This document shows positions 13,432 through 26,420 of a DNA stretch of 64,000 nt, in pieces. This DNA comes from Dicyema japonicum (lineage: Eukaryota > Animalia > Dicyemida): assembly GCA_011109175.1 (NCBI GenBank), contig RDEW01000022.1:1-64000 (forward strand). Direction: 5' to 3'. The notes below the pieces were generated by a model, which had not been told where the DNA came from, did not search any database, and saw only the letters and a program-made list of their open reading frames with translations. A program made the translations under genes and the position numbers. Every line of letters begins with the position of its first letter. The first letter of the stretch is position 1.

Positions 13432-14330
13432 TTAGTTTAGCGACACCAGAGATCGGGTTTTATTGGCCAAGTCAAATAGTTGAAGAAAAAGGTTGAGAAG
13501 TGTATAGTTAATTGAAACCTTCGGAATCAACACAATACGGGCGTCCTTGTAAATGTCGCAGTACGAAATGGAATCCAAGAATCTGTCCACACTCTCATAC
13601 CACGTGTCATCACTACAGAAATTTATCTTTTGACTCACCATAGATCTCCCAAAAAATAGACCAACTTGTTGGGTTTAAAAGTTAAAAGCCCCGCCGTAAA
13701 AAAAATTAGTTCATAGTGAAAACACACTCCTTCAAATCCTCTTTCTCCAAAAAAACTGATTAACAAAAAATGTCAATTTCTTCAAAGAAAGAAAATTTGC
13801 GTCCAAAAACGTTTATTATACCCATTAACATAATAGGAAAGGTTTTTGAGTAGAGAGGAGAATAACACACGTTAACGTGGCGTTGTAAAGTGAGCTGTTA
13901 GAGTCCATCAAATTATGGGCATCATTTGAAAGTACCACGTGGTCTGTTATCTTCAAATTGTGAGCCATACGGGTTTTCTCATGGAAAATCACTGAATAAG
14001 TGACAACCACCAACTCGGCGTAGTCAACACAAGTTTTTGCCGAATAAAACTGACAGGACTGATTATCACACCCTTTGGTGACAAGATCCTCAATGTCCAT
14101 AGGCAGAGACATCACTGAGTCACACAAGAAATCAAATTTTAGAGATTTGTAGAAAAAAGAGCCGCTCTTTTTGATTAAATCGTGCATTTTTGTTGAGATT
14201 GTCTGAAAAGAGAAAAAATTAGATGATCTTCATTGATACACAGCTGTTACCGAGATCCTAGGTCACTTTGAAACCTTAGGAAATGCTGGAGGATTTAATA
14301 GAGAGTCATCAATCAAATCAGGAGTCAAAA
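13432..14330 (-). pseudogene. DDX11: Intronless, disrupted fragment of DDX11/CHL1-like (Rad3/XPD family) helicase
   Basis: PMDIEDLVTKG..CQFY..AELVVVTY..TR..VVLSNDAHNLMD (DEAD_2 domain, DEAH changed to NDAH), SMVSQKINF, DARIVL..YTLLN; multiple stops and frameshifts. Confidence 0.8.
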
Positions 14331-16059
14331 GCCCCATAAACGGATATAGTTTCCACAGCACTTGGGAATGGGAATCAATCACGGTTTATCTTAAAAATTT
14401 TTTTTTCAAGAGAGGAATTTTTTTATTATTTTATTTTTATGAGAATTACTATTAAAAATAAATTAAATTAAATATTTAATTATTTAAAAACATTGCAAAA
14501 TGTAGACTCAGTTGATCAACTTGTAAAACTTGCTCTCTCCATATCTGAAGATAAACTAAACTGAATAACATTCCCAAAAGCAAACGATTACCTGATAATT
14601 TACAAAATCGGAAATCTTATTAAATTATACTTCTCGATGTCAAGTTGCTCTTACTGAACCTTATTAGTAAATTTTACTTCAATAAAGCCGATTATGCTCT
14701 GCCAAACAAATATTTAAAGAAAGCATGAGTTTAGATGATTTTAGTCTGGTTATCAAAATTTCACATATTTTAACTGCCAACTAAGGCTGGTGGTGGTTAC
14801 AACGACTGTTGGCCATTTCAAGACTACCGGTAAGGCGTTTAGTGGAGTTTTTATCGTTTCATTGTTTCAGCCCCTTTCCACGAACCGAAAAACCAGAATG
14901 TGATTGAATGCATCCTCCTGGTGAAAGCCATTCCCAGTTAATATAAAATAACTCATTTTAGATTCCAAAAGCTTTGTGGACCATAGATTCCTTCATACAT
15001 CACGTCACCTACCATCTACTTTTATATCAAAAAATTTGTGCTTTCAGTGATGACTGGGAACTTCCATATCAACTGTATGGACAGACATAACATTTTAGAC
15101 ATGTTCCAGCTCCCCAAGAAAAGGAAGAGATTGTATTTGTGTTATTTTACAATAAGTTATATCCCTTACAAGTAATTATTGACAGAATCCATATATTTTC
15201 AAGGAGGATTTCCTTTTTCTTTTCCAAAGGAAGCCCAAGAAGTCTTTTTTCGCTTTTATTTAGGTTGAGTAACGATTTTCAACGCGGTTATCAGTCAGGA
15301 AACTGATTCTGAAAGCATTTACTTCATAAATTATAGAACCTCAAATCTCGTCAAAATGGACAAGGTGAACTTGGTTTAGTGGTTTCTAGATATTCAGACT
15401 TGTCCAATAGGTCCAGAAAGTCATACCTTCCGTTCTTGATTAGACAATTCTAAATTAAACTGATGATATGTGAGTTATCTTAGACTCAGGTGAGTTCAAC
15501 TATAAAGTCAAGATTTATCAGTTCGATTATCGACCTTGTAGCGTCTGATTACAGGTTTTGGATTTTTGACTGAAATATTAAAATTTGTGACATGGTAGCT
15601 CAGTTTGACTCGGAAAATTAGCCCATCGATATTGAACATAATGCACTTGCATAGTTCAATATTGGTTAAAGTAGTGGTAGATTTTAAATAGGCATTAATC
15701 GATGCTTCCAAGAGCTTTTGAATCATTTCGTTATTCTTTACATCGCTTCCATCATCCGCCTTTTTCACAAATTTTGTAAAGAAAGTACCTGGAAAAACAA
15801 AACTCCCATGGTGGATGGTTTGGTATTGACAGAGGTACTATCGCTATTAAGGAGGGTTCTTGGATTGTTGTTGCAGTCCATTTTACGGGTAGCGTTTAAA
15901 GTCATTAAGGACTTTGTAAAGGGAGCTTTAAGTCTTAGTTGAGCGAACCTATATGATACAACGCAATAATAACGAATCAATATGACGTCCTTTTGAACGG
16001 TTCCAAGTTAAAAAATTATGTTCTTGACTCAATCAATATTTAGTTGGAAAATTGTCAAT

Positions 16060-17450
16060 GGATCAAATTCACATTATAATAAATTCCAGCACTGTTGGAA
16101 GCTGGACTGGAATTAAATTACACTAAATGCGAAATCTACAATTGCGGACGTTCAAAAGAAAAGTATTCAAAAGCTTTGTCATGTTTCGGAAATTTACTGC
16201 CTGGAAGTATTTCCACACCCGATGAAGAACTTATATTCCTCGAATCCCCGATCAACATAAATGCAGTGGGAAGAGCTATACGTGAAAAATGACTGTTACT
16301 CGGAAAAACTCTGGACCGCTTGTGTCTACTTGAATAATGCATACAGCATTATTTTTCCTGAAGAACAGTCTTAACATACAGAGGCTTGCATATGTCTTGA
16401 GGACTGCTCCCTATTTCACCCTGTGTGACCAACTCGCACAGATTAACGAGATTATCCGTACGACAGCGGAACGTATCTTCAACGTCCGGTTCGAGGATTA
16501 CTCATGGAAGCAAGCCACGCTGCTAGTGAGACTTGGAGGACATGGAATTCGGACCCTGTGGACCTTTATTTCCCTTCATACCTATCATCGCTAGTGGTCT
16601 GTAAATCACATGTCAAGAGGATTCTACAATCTCTACCTGAATTCTCTATACAAGGACGCCGGCCATGCTCGTGAGTCCTAGAGCCGCACTTGTCAGCTTT
16701 CCCTGCCTTTCTCGTTCTCTCAGCGGGGATTAGACGATGCTATATGCTGGAATTCTTTCAAAGATTTGCTACTGTCATCAAGCCAACATCGCCGTGTCTG
16801 TTTGTTGTCGGGGGCTTTTTCGAGAGCGGTGCCAGGCTCAACGCCATTCCCAATGGAGTTCTGGGTACCTTCCTGGATATGAATGCGTCCATATTACTGG
16901 GATTAAAAGTCTGTGTTCCACATCCGTGCCGATGCGGAGACCAAATCGACTGTTTGGCCTACACCAACACTCCTGTAGGATAAGTGCAGGCAGAATTCCC
17001 AGATACATGGCCTTGAAAGAAGTCGTTAAGCGGACACACCTCTATGCTCGAACCTGTCGTTTTTGCAGGCGGACGGGAAAGACCAGATGGGATGACAATC
17101 TCCTTTTGAAGCCGGAAGCCTTTTGTCTTGAGACGTTACATGCAGCGACACATTTGCCTTTTGCAACCTACTCCAAAGTGCCTCTGGAGCCTGTTCTGCC
17201 ACTGAGAAGGCCGAGAATATGAAACGGGAAAAGTACGCGGTCCTACCCAAAGATTTTTTGTATGTTCCACTTGCCGTTGAGACGTCTGGTTCCCTTGCGC
17301 CTGCGACGTTAGAATTCTTGAGTCGTTCAGAGAATCGGATCGCTACACGAACAGGAGACCCTCGTGAGCGCTGCTTGTTATTTGAGGGAATCTCGCTGGC
17401 TATCCTAAGAAGGAATAGCTAAGCAGTCAAGGCAGCCGCTATATAACCGT
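16060..17450 (+). mobile_element. Degenerate 5'-truncated CRE-clade non-LTR retrotransposon (RT end, zinc finger, RLE)
   Basis: GLELNYTKCE, WKQATL.VRLGG.GIR, PHPCRCG, RPDGMT, KREKY, VPLAVETSG, ISLAILRRN spread across frames. Confidence 0.88.
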
Positions 17451-17689
17451 TTACTCTTTTTCTAAAAACAATTAATTAATTAATAATTAATAATTTTATT
17501 AAATGAATTAAAATTAAAAGTATTTTTGTTTTTTTATGTGGTACATAAATTTAAAAAATATTAAAATTATTCTAAAGACTAAGTGTTTTAGTGGCAAATC
17601 TAAAGACATTATGCTTTAGTGGTAAAAATAAGAGGTGATGAATTTGTCGGTCTATTTTCATGTAAAAAGTAAAAAATGAATTCAGTATA

Positions 17690-17775
17690 AATTTGAGTAC
17701 TTCAAATGAAGACTACAAATGGATTTTAAATGTAATTGATATTTACTGTAAATATGCCATATGACTTTAAAGTAG
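17690..17775 (+). mobile_element. Possible retroviral-type integrase core fragment (Ginger/Maverick-like)
   Basis: NEDYKWILNVIDIYCKYA resembles the rve first-Asp region; very short. Confidence 0.45.
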
Positions 17776-19944
17776 GAGATAAAATCAAACAGCTTCAGTG
17801 TTCGATTCATGGATCCTTCTCCTTTGTGGAGATGCCACCTTTAGATAACAAGCATAGAAGGAAACGTCAAGAATGATCAAACCCAACATAAATATTAACC
17901 TGCTGTCTGGTAGCTTTTCACCAAATTCTTTAGCAACGAAGAGGACACCAACCATCCAGATCTTGATTATTTGATAAAATTCACAGTAGAACCGAGTTCA
18001 CGTAAAGAGGTTAAACCAACACGAAGGTCATCAAACATAACGTCATTGGTTGTATCACCATCCAGGTATCACAAAATAAAAGGAAATTTTATGTTGCGCG
18101 CGGCGTTATTGATCTGTAAAACGAAGAGGTCTCCTACTCAGACGCTCGCCTGTGAGCGGACAGTATTTCTCTGTAAGTTCCTTATATCATGAATACGAGC
18201 TTTCAGATTTCTGGCATGCCTCCAGAAGGCAGTTGTGTCTAATTTGACAAATACATAGGTTGGAGGCTTCCTTTACATAGGTTGGAGTATAATTTTGTAA
18301 ATCTACTACTGAATAAAATTATTGGATGGCATTGTACACTTAATTTTGAAAAGAAGTCACAATCTTCTTATTCCGTTGGCATGGTGATGCGGATTATGTA
18401 ATATCTGTCCATTATCCTGTGATGGTGTTGTGCTAAATCACGGACCTGAACATTATTCAAAAAACCCAATATTACCATGAAAAAAAAAGTTAGGCCAACT
18501 AATTATGTTATCACAGCTTCTACTAACACTAAGACTCCCTCGTATGGACCGCCATTTATTCCATCAGCTATTAAAAAAGTCTTCTCGAATTTCTGCAGGG
18601 GAACTCGATCGAGATTCCTTCGCATGGATAACCATCTCCCAAATTGGGTTTCCTGGTTCTTTAATATAAATCAACGTTGACTGTACCTAGTCAACAGAAG
18701 TAAAGATGCTGGTTCCATCAAGTGTCCAACTGGATCAAGGTTTCGCATCCGTTCCGAGAGTATTCGGATCACTAAATTTATCGATTTTTGGGACTGCTGT
18801 CGTGGAAGACAAAATTAAATCTGCCAGGTGAACTGACTTAAAAAATGAAAGTTGAAAACTACGGTCGACCAGGACTCCGTGGGATCATCGAGTAGAGACA
18901 TGGTTCACCTGCTTAATAATAAACGGGAAAATTAATTAGGTGATTTTGAATATTCTTATCAATGAAAGTTATTTATGCACTTTGTTGCGAGTTATTTAAT
19001 AATCAAATTCAAAATTTCCATAGATTTAAAATCATGAAAGCCACGTGCACTCGAAGTCACACAAAAACTGACTCGTAAACTAAATTTCCTGGTTATAACC
19101 CATCCTTCTACTCTTCTAGAACTCCTTCCTTCGTCCTCTCACGAAACAGTTCACGATTAAAAAATTAAAGGGTTTAGCTGAGTCATAGATATTCGCTATT
19201 TATTTTTTTACCCACAGTCTTTTCAAGTGACGGAAACCGGTAGATAACAAAAAAAGTAGCAACCTAAGATTGACATCCAAAGATCAGTTAGACATTTCTT
19301 GTCGAAGGCGGACAAGTAAGCATTGGTTCCTATTAATTAGTTTTTATTATCTCGTGGTCTTCTAGAAGGCAGGAGGGACACAGCGACGGGACTGATTGTC
19401 AGATTTTTTTCATTTAGTCATGTAAAGCTGTATGATGAACACAGAGTAGGCATACAAAGTAGACACTAACTTTCTGCGGTAGAGAAGCTTAACTTCTTTC
19501 ATGTTAATGGCAGACATTCCAGAAGCGTTGGCGTCAAGATTTTCGATGTCATTAGTAGAAGCTAGCCGTTTTGAGGTGACAGAATGGGGTCAGTTATCGG
19601 AATAGTTGGGAGAATGAAACTTTATTGACTAGGGTAGATCAGATCTTTCTTTTTTGTAGAAAAGTCAAATTCCATAGCAGGATGTTCCAATATTTTACTT
19701 TTTCAAGAAATTCCAAACAAACTTCATAATGTAATGCTGTTTTGATTTTTTCTGAAGCAGAAAACGCTTGTATTTAATTGGTTAGTTTAGTAACTCCGGA
19801 ATCACTTGTTTGTTAGTTAATTAACAACACGCTATTAGGTAATATTAACTTAAAATAAAATTTTAATATTCACTTAAATTAATTTAAAACCAATATATAA
19901 TTAATAATTAATTAACAGGACCATCCATCCAAAGTGTATTGGTT

Positions 19945-20375
19945 TAGGTGGTGACGACACCTCTATTGCACTTCTCCGTTCACTCTGGGATCTTTTAATT
20001 GCAGAGGACTTGATCGACCATACAAGAAACACAAACTGGTATGCAATCTAACTACATATGACATCACTGTCTGAGACAAAAACGACCGCACAATGTACAG
20101 AACTGTTTGGAAAATTCCATTTTTTATCTTCCGTCGGCCTGCCGACATTATGGTCTCGGATTTGCATCCATCAGGAGCTGATTCACTAAGCTACATGGGT
20201 GTGGACACCATCTGATATTATAATGGAAATGTCGAACGACCTGGACGACCCTAAATAACTAATACGCAACAGAAGATCATGGTCGAAACTAACCGAGAGG
20301 ATGGTTCATAATACGGCACAAGGGAAATTTAACTAATTTTATGTTTTCTCGGGAGTGCTTTTTAATAATAATAAT
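19945..20375 (+). mobile_element. Non-autonomous bipartite RTE derivative (5' UTR/APE start fused to 3' end)
   Basis: Colinear with 57725-58175 (-); begins GGTGGTGACGACACCTCT, similar to the RTE 5' end at ~31330; ends GTGCTTTTTAATAATAATAAT. Confidence 0.8.
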
Positions 20376-21100
20376 CCATCCAAATTCCACTTGGGACTGC
20401 TCCTAGCGATCACCATGCAGTTAGGGACTGTTTATCAGAATCGAACGTTCCTTTTCTTCGCTGCTCCGGAACTGCCTTCAAGACGGTCCCAAGACGGGGT
20501 ATTTTGCTTGGTTTATCTTCGAATTTTGCTATCTTCACCATTATTCAGAGTGTCCGCTTTAAGTAGAGTTTTTCCTATTAGTTAAAGAACCGGATGGTTT
20601 TCAATTATCAAATAAATTAATAATGTAGTAGTTATCTTCGTTCTACTAGACACGCATTGGACGTCTTCGAGTCAGATGGATTCCACGACGATTCTTAAAA
20701 ATTGAAGAAGGCAAATAGAATAGGATACTTCGACGAAGCTAGTAGCACTGTATGAATCGATCTCATAGTTAAACCGCGACGTATCCACATCATTAACTAC
20801 TAAGGGATCTAGTGATCATCGATTGTTTTCTGTCGAGACTGATAGGGTTCAGTCTCTGGATAGTTTGTAGAATCAGAATTTGATCATCAAGATAATAATA
20901 ATTCACTTCCTTTATGAATTTATAAATTATTTATTTAGGACGGCACAAAAAAGAATTGTTTCTTTCCCCACTCCTATAACTACCAATATTTTTTAAAGAG
21001 GGGAGTGTCGTAACACAGGAAACATGAAGTTTTGACTATTTCTTTTTATTGTGAGTAGACAATGATAAAATGATGTTTTTTTAATATCTAGTTATTATCA

Positions 21101-22943
21101 TGTTATTGCGATATACTTCAAGGCGAAAGACAACGTGTCAGAAGAAAAATAAAGGGTCTGAACAAGAAGCTTTTCATAGAAGAAATAGCCTCCTGTATAG
21201 AAGAAGTAAACAAAGTGAAAGACAACGCACAGGTGTACGTCGCTGCCCGTTTGCTGCGGCGAACAAACCGAAGTCGACTAACCATAAAAGACGAGAACGG
21301 TAAGCTGATACTGAACACCAAAGAACAAACTGAAGCCATCGCGGCTCACTTTGAGAAGCTTTTCAACATCAAAACCATAGAAATCCACCCATTTGATGGA
21401 AGGCCAAGACCCCTTAGATACCAATCACGGCCAAGGAAATCAAAACGGCCTGCCGAAAACTCAAGAATAACAGAAGCCCCGGACCAGATGCGATAAACCC
21501 AGAACTACTGAAATACGGCCCTGACCTCCTTTTTGAAAAAATCGCTACACTACTAAATGAAATGTTTTTAACTAACTCAACTCTACCTCTGGGTACGGGA
21601 CTACTAATCCCCATACAAAAAACTAACAAAAACAGAGGACCGCTCGAAAATTTGCGACCCATCATACTACTAAATTCATTACGCAAAGTCTTGGCAAACA
21701 TTGTGCTTGAACGAATAAAAGGACTGCTTACAAATACCTACCAGATAGTCAAAGTGGTTTTCGAGAAGGGAGATCCACAGCTGATGCGGTCTGGAGTCAC
21801 AGATGGAGGTGTGCAACATATCAAAGATACCGTAACGCCACCAATATTTTGGGAATTGACTATCAAGAGCTTTTGATACGGTTAACAGGAACAAATTAAT
21901 GGGGGTACTGCGGATTTCTTGATGAATCGAGTCTAAGGATGATCCGAATTCTACTTTCTAACACTGAGCTCCTTGTGAGAGTCGGAAAAACCTATTCAAG
22001 AAAATTTGAAACAAATACGGGCACTCCACAAGGAGACTCTCTTTCTCCTCTACTATTCACAATTTATTTGGAAGCCGCTATGAGGGAACTTAGACCGTCA
22101 TACCAAGGAAAGACGGAAGAAGTAATCTACGCGGACGATGTAGACCTAATTTCTGAAGACAAAGAGGTCCTGGAAAACCTATTAGAAAAAGCACCAGATG
22201 TACTAGGGAAATGGTTTCTTACTGTGAACAGAGAAAAAACAGAACTCACAGAGATAAGAAGGATGAGTAACGTCCTAGAAGAGAAGTGGCGACAAGTAAA
22301 GAAACTCGGTTCACTTATGGGAGATAGCGAAGATATTTTACGTAGGAAAACTCTAGCCAATGCTGCGTTATATAAACTGAAGAATTTATGGCTCAATCAA
22401 AAAGGCATCGACACGAAAATGAGAATCCTACTATACGACTCATTCATAAAACCCGTACTTTTATATAACGCTGGAACTTGGGCGACCTCATCAGCGGATA
22501 TGAAAAACTAGACTCGTTCCACAGAGGTCAGCTGAGAAAAATAACAGGAACTACTTGGCCTACGAGAATATCTAGGAATGCTTTATATAAGAGATGCAGC
22601 ACTAGACCTATCAGCTTAGAAGTACTGGAATCCCGATGGAGGCTCTTCGGACACGTGCTGAGGATGGAATTAACTTCCCCACCGAACATATCTATGGAAA
22701 CATACTATGTTAGTCAAGAAGGCCGCTATCGGGGAAGACCAAGAACAACACTGCCAATAGTCTTACAAAAAGACCTGGTCAGTATAAAAAAAACTAACAA
22801 ATGCCGACGACCTGGACAGCATGAGAGCCTTGGCTAGGAACAGGGGAGCATGGAAAAGGATGACATCTAACCTTGTTTCTTTTGCTGCACATGCGGGGCT
22901 ATAATTAGTATGGCCCTTGTGAAGTGCTTAAATAATAATAATA
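21101..22943 (+). mobile_element. 5'-truncated RTE LINE with (TAA)n tail and 11-bp target-site duplication
   Basis: PQGDSLSP, YADD, YNAGTW, RWRLFGHVLR, RGRPRTT; TSD AGTTATTATCA at 21090-21100 and 22944-22954; empty paralogous site at ~9795. Confidence 0.95.
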
Positions 22944-23034
22944 AGTTATTATCAGAGTATAATTTAATATTAAATAATGGTTGTAAATGAAATCCGAGTA
23001 TTTATTAACAAACAAAGCCCCATGTAAATTTTAA

Positions 23035-23930
23035 TTAAATTAGTATCATAAGTACCGTCAAAGCGATCACTCCCAATGATATTGCAAAGCGTAGATTTGC
23101 AGACGAAGTCGTGCGTGAAAGATTATTTATCGGAAATAGTGTCGCGGTCGAGTCTACAAATATAAATAATTAATATAATTGTAGGAATAGATTAATAAAT
23201 AATAATATTGTATTCTCAGTCGTAGTCTCCGTTAATATCGTCGTAGTCAACTAGAATAATCGCATGAAATATATGGAATAAAAATAACCCAAATAAACGA
23301 CATATTCTACTAATTAGTTATTTACCTTGAATAGGATTAGTAATCCGCAATTAGTATCTTAAAATCATTATGAAAATAACCATCATATGAAAAATTTGTG
23401 ATTTGCCCTGTGATGAATATTTGTATTTTCATTTTATCCGCTGTAAATATAAAATGATGGTGAATTCGTCTTTCATAAGTATCGCAATGATAAACAGTTA
23501 CGAAATAACGTCTAATAGGAGCAGTATGAAGATGTTCTAAACATATTTTAAAAAGGTACCCAATTTCCGAATAGAAAATGATTTTAAATAATAATTATTA
23601 TTTTTTTGAATTATAAATGAAAGTATTATATCATTAACTGTGAGTGTGATACTAAAATCTCCATTGCGTAAAGTGTTGATGTCGATAATTGAATTGTTAA
23701 AATTATTTATTTTATTCTAAACTAATTAAATTTTCTTTACATTTTGAATATCTTTTACATTAAATATTCCACTAATTATTATGGAATACTCCGTATAATT
23801 ATAATGATCCAAGTTGGTATTGATTCATTTGATAATTTGGTTACTTTATAGGAATTCGCTAAGCCAATCGAAATAATAGTGTACATCACAATCCCTATTA
23901 ATTTATTTAATTTTGGCAACCTATAACCAT
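23035..23930 (-). pseudogene. Paralog of the 9890-10788 LAMP-like gene; disrupted as assembled
   Basis: Same exon structure; 1-nt deletion near 23805, compensating indels around the penultimate intron, last donor changed GGTAC to AATAC. Confidence 0.75.
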
Positions 23931-25169
23931 ATTGTTGATTATTACTATAGTGGATTTCTCACCACAGTTATGAATTTATAGAGATATTATTATTTATTAT
24001 TATAACTATCCAGGAATAATATATTATTTATTTATTAAAATAATTTTTTATTTTAATTTAAATTTAATAAAAAATTATTGCATTAGAGAAAAAATCGTGC
24101 TCTATGATCTTTTAATAGAAGATTGACTTACTCGTCGCCTTCATTGACCCTAAATGGGATAACAATCCGCTCCACAAATTCAACCAAAACAATGGGGGTC
24201 ACATATGACCAACTAATGACCTTTAAAAAACATGTGCGCAACATAATCTCCACTTCCCATCGAAAATTGAACTTTGTAAAAACGCTACTTGGATACTACA
24301 AGAGATTGTTCCACCCATCAGTAGATCATCTCCACTACCACGATATACTTACGTCAATAACTTGCCTTCTATAACACATCGGTTATAATAGAGGTGATGG
24401 CAAGAGACAGATGACGTAACGATATACCATGGAGAAAAAGGAACGTGTCTTTCTTGGGATTTAATGTGAACGGACACTTTCCCGAATTTGCTCAGGTCTT
24501 GTTCTCCCTGGTTCCACAGTGGAAATTTTAAAGATTTGAAAAAGAGAAGGTACCGCATCATTCGCTTTTCAGCATATTTTTATTGAGACGTCAGGCGTTA
24601 TTTACCCATGCACGTCTAAGTTACACATTGGTTGACAATGGTTTGCTATTTTCTCCTCGATACATTCGTCGGTTCACAGTAGATTTTTTTACCAAACCTG
24701 AAATAAGGTCCAACATTATAAATATGGTGAACAAGGTCCTCCATACATACAATATCATATCTTCTTTAACTTTTCAAACAAATCACCCAAATTATCACTA
24801 ATCACAGCATTATTTGTAATTGGCTGACTGACTTCCAATGAGCTTCATCGTTTATAAACAAGGTTCCAAGAGAAGGAGATCCTAGACGATTACGAGTTTA
24901 CAGTTTTTAGCAAAACTTCAATCGCTCATTTACAAAGTAGGTTTTTTAATAAATAAAACATGATAAAAATTTCTTTTATCTTATTTTAATAAAATATAAA
25001 ATAAAAAAATTCTAGCATTATAGCACATAAATAGCCCTAATATTACTACACTTTATGAAGTGCCATATTAGCTATAGCTCCTCCTTGGCATAACACACAC
25101 TTAATGTTAAGTGAAGAATAGTTATCACAACTAATCGATGAGAGAGAACCAAGGATTTTCACTTCTGTT

Positions 25170-25262
25170 TTCTTTTTGTTTGGTTTGAGACATTTTGTAG
25201 ACGATCCGAGTCAGCTGGTAGATTCACTAATGACGGCGTCACTCGTCAAGTCAAAGCTGGCA
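25170..25262 (-). repeat. Diverged SINE body fragment; another at ~27570-27690
   Basis: TAATGACGGCGTCACTCGTC is shared by 25229 and 27617 and similar to TGATGACTGCGTCACTTGTC at 47396. Confidence 0.6.
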
Positions 25263-25960
25263 CAATAGGGATATCAATGTTTAACAGTGAATCAATTTAT
25301 TCGTGTTAAAGATATTCCAATTAAATATATGATCCCAAATATAAAAAGCTAATAACTCAAATATTACAACACTAATCAAATCATCTTAGATTTATTAGCA
25401 GAAGTTCGAGTAAACACCACCAATTTCTCCCATCCTTCGCCTAATCACCCAATGAAAGTCAACAAAAACAATCGCATCTTGGTCCACGACGGCAAAAACC
25501 GCTTTCAAAGTGATCTTTCAACAACGGCTGATTGAAATTCGTTTTGAAGACCTCATCATTCAATCCATTGAATCAACAATAGGTGAAAATCAAGAATAGG
25601 AGGAAAATCTCAATAGGCAAAAATCAACACAACATGACAATACAACACGTTTTTTTAATAATCAATTTGTTTATCCAGTTCCCATAGTCGGAATGAGACT
25701 TAACCCTTCCAGAATTACGTCCATCTATATCCGCCACTGTGGGAACCTCCAGTAGAATAGAAAGAGATAGATCCTTTTTGGTTTTTATAGTTAATTTAAT
25801 TAATTTTTAATTTATTATTATTAATAATAATAAATAGTCATGACATTTATAATTAGATAATTAAATTAAAATAACAAATTTTATTTAATTAATTTTGATT
25901 TTATTGAATAAATAAATAAAATACAGCGGCTTGTTGAGTGTTGTCACGTAATGATTAGTT

Positions 25961-26420
25961 CGAAAATAGAAATAAAACAAGAAATAATAGGAGTAATTCT
26001 GTAATTTTAATTAATAGACTCTCAGTAGGATGGCAGCAAGGTGACGGAAATAATAAAATTAGAAGCCTGATAGTGTCTTTCTTGCTCAAAGAGAATTCAG
26101 TATGATTTATATAAACCTTAGATCGAACACGTAAGCCAACGATTCTTCAAGAATTCAACTTTTTGGCCATCAGGACAAGAAGATCTGAAATCAAATTACC
26201 CGAAATAAAAGAGGATGAGTTAAAGTATTGATTAAAGAAACACCAAACCTGCAGTTAGGACACTACGAATATGAATCTGACATTGTTTAAGGCTCAGCCT
26301 GTTCCCGAATCTTTATATAAGGCTCAAGAACTGCCACTCATAACCCCTATAAACTGACAGTGCCTGAAACTCCGACTTTTGCTAAAAACGGCTCTGATGA
26401 TTATAATTTGTTTCATCCTT
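25961..26420 (+). CDS. Candidate tiny-intron gene with TPX2-like motifs; frame unresolved
   Basis: 22-nt GT-AG segments (26041-26062, 26100-26121); peptides RKPTILQEFNF, FKAQPVP, KLTVPETPTFA; AT island upstream. Confidence 0.4.
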
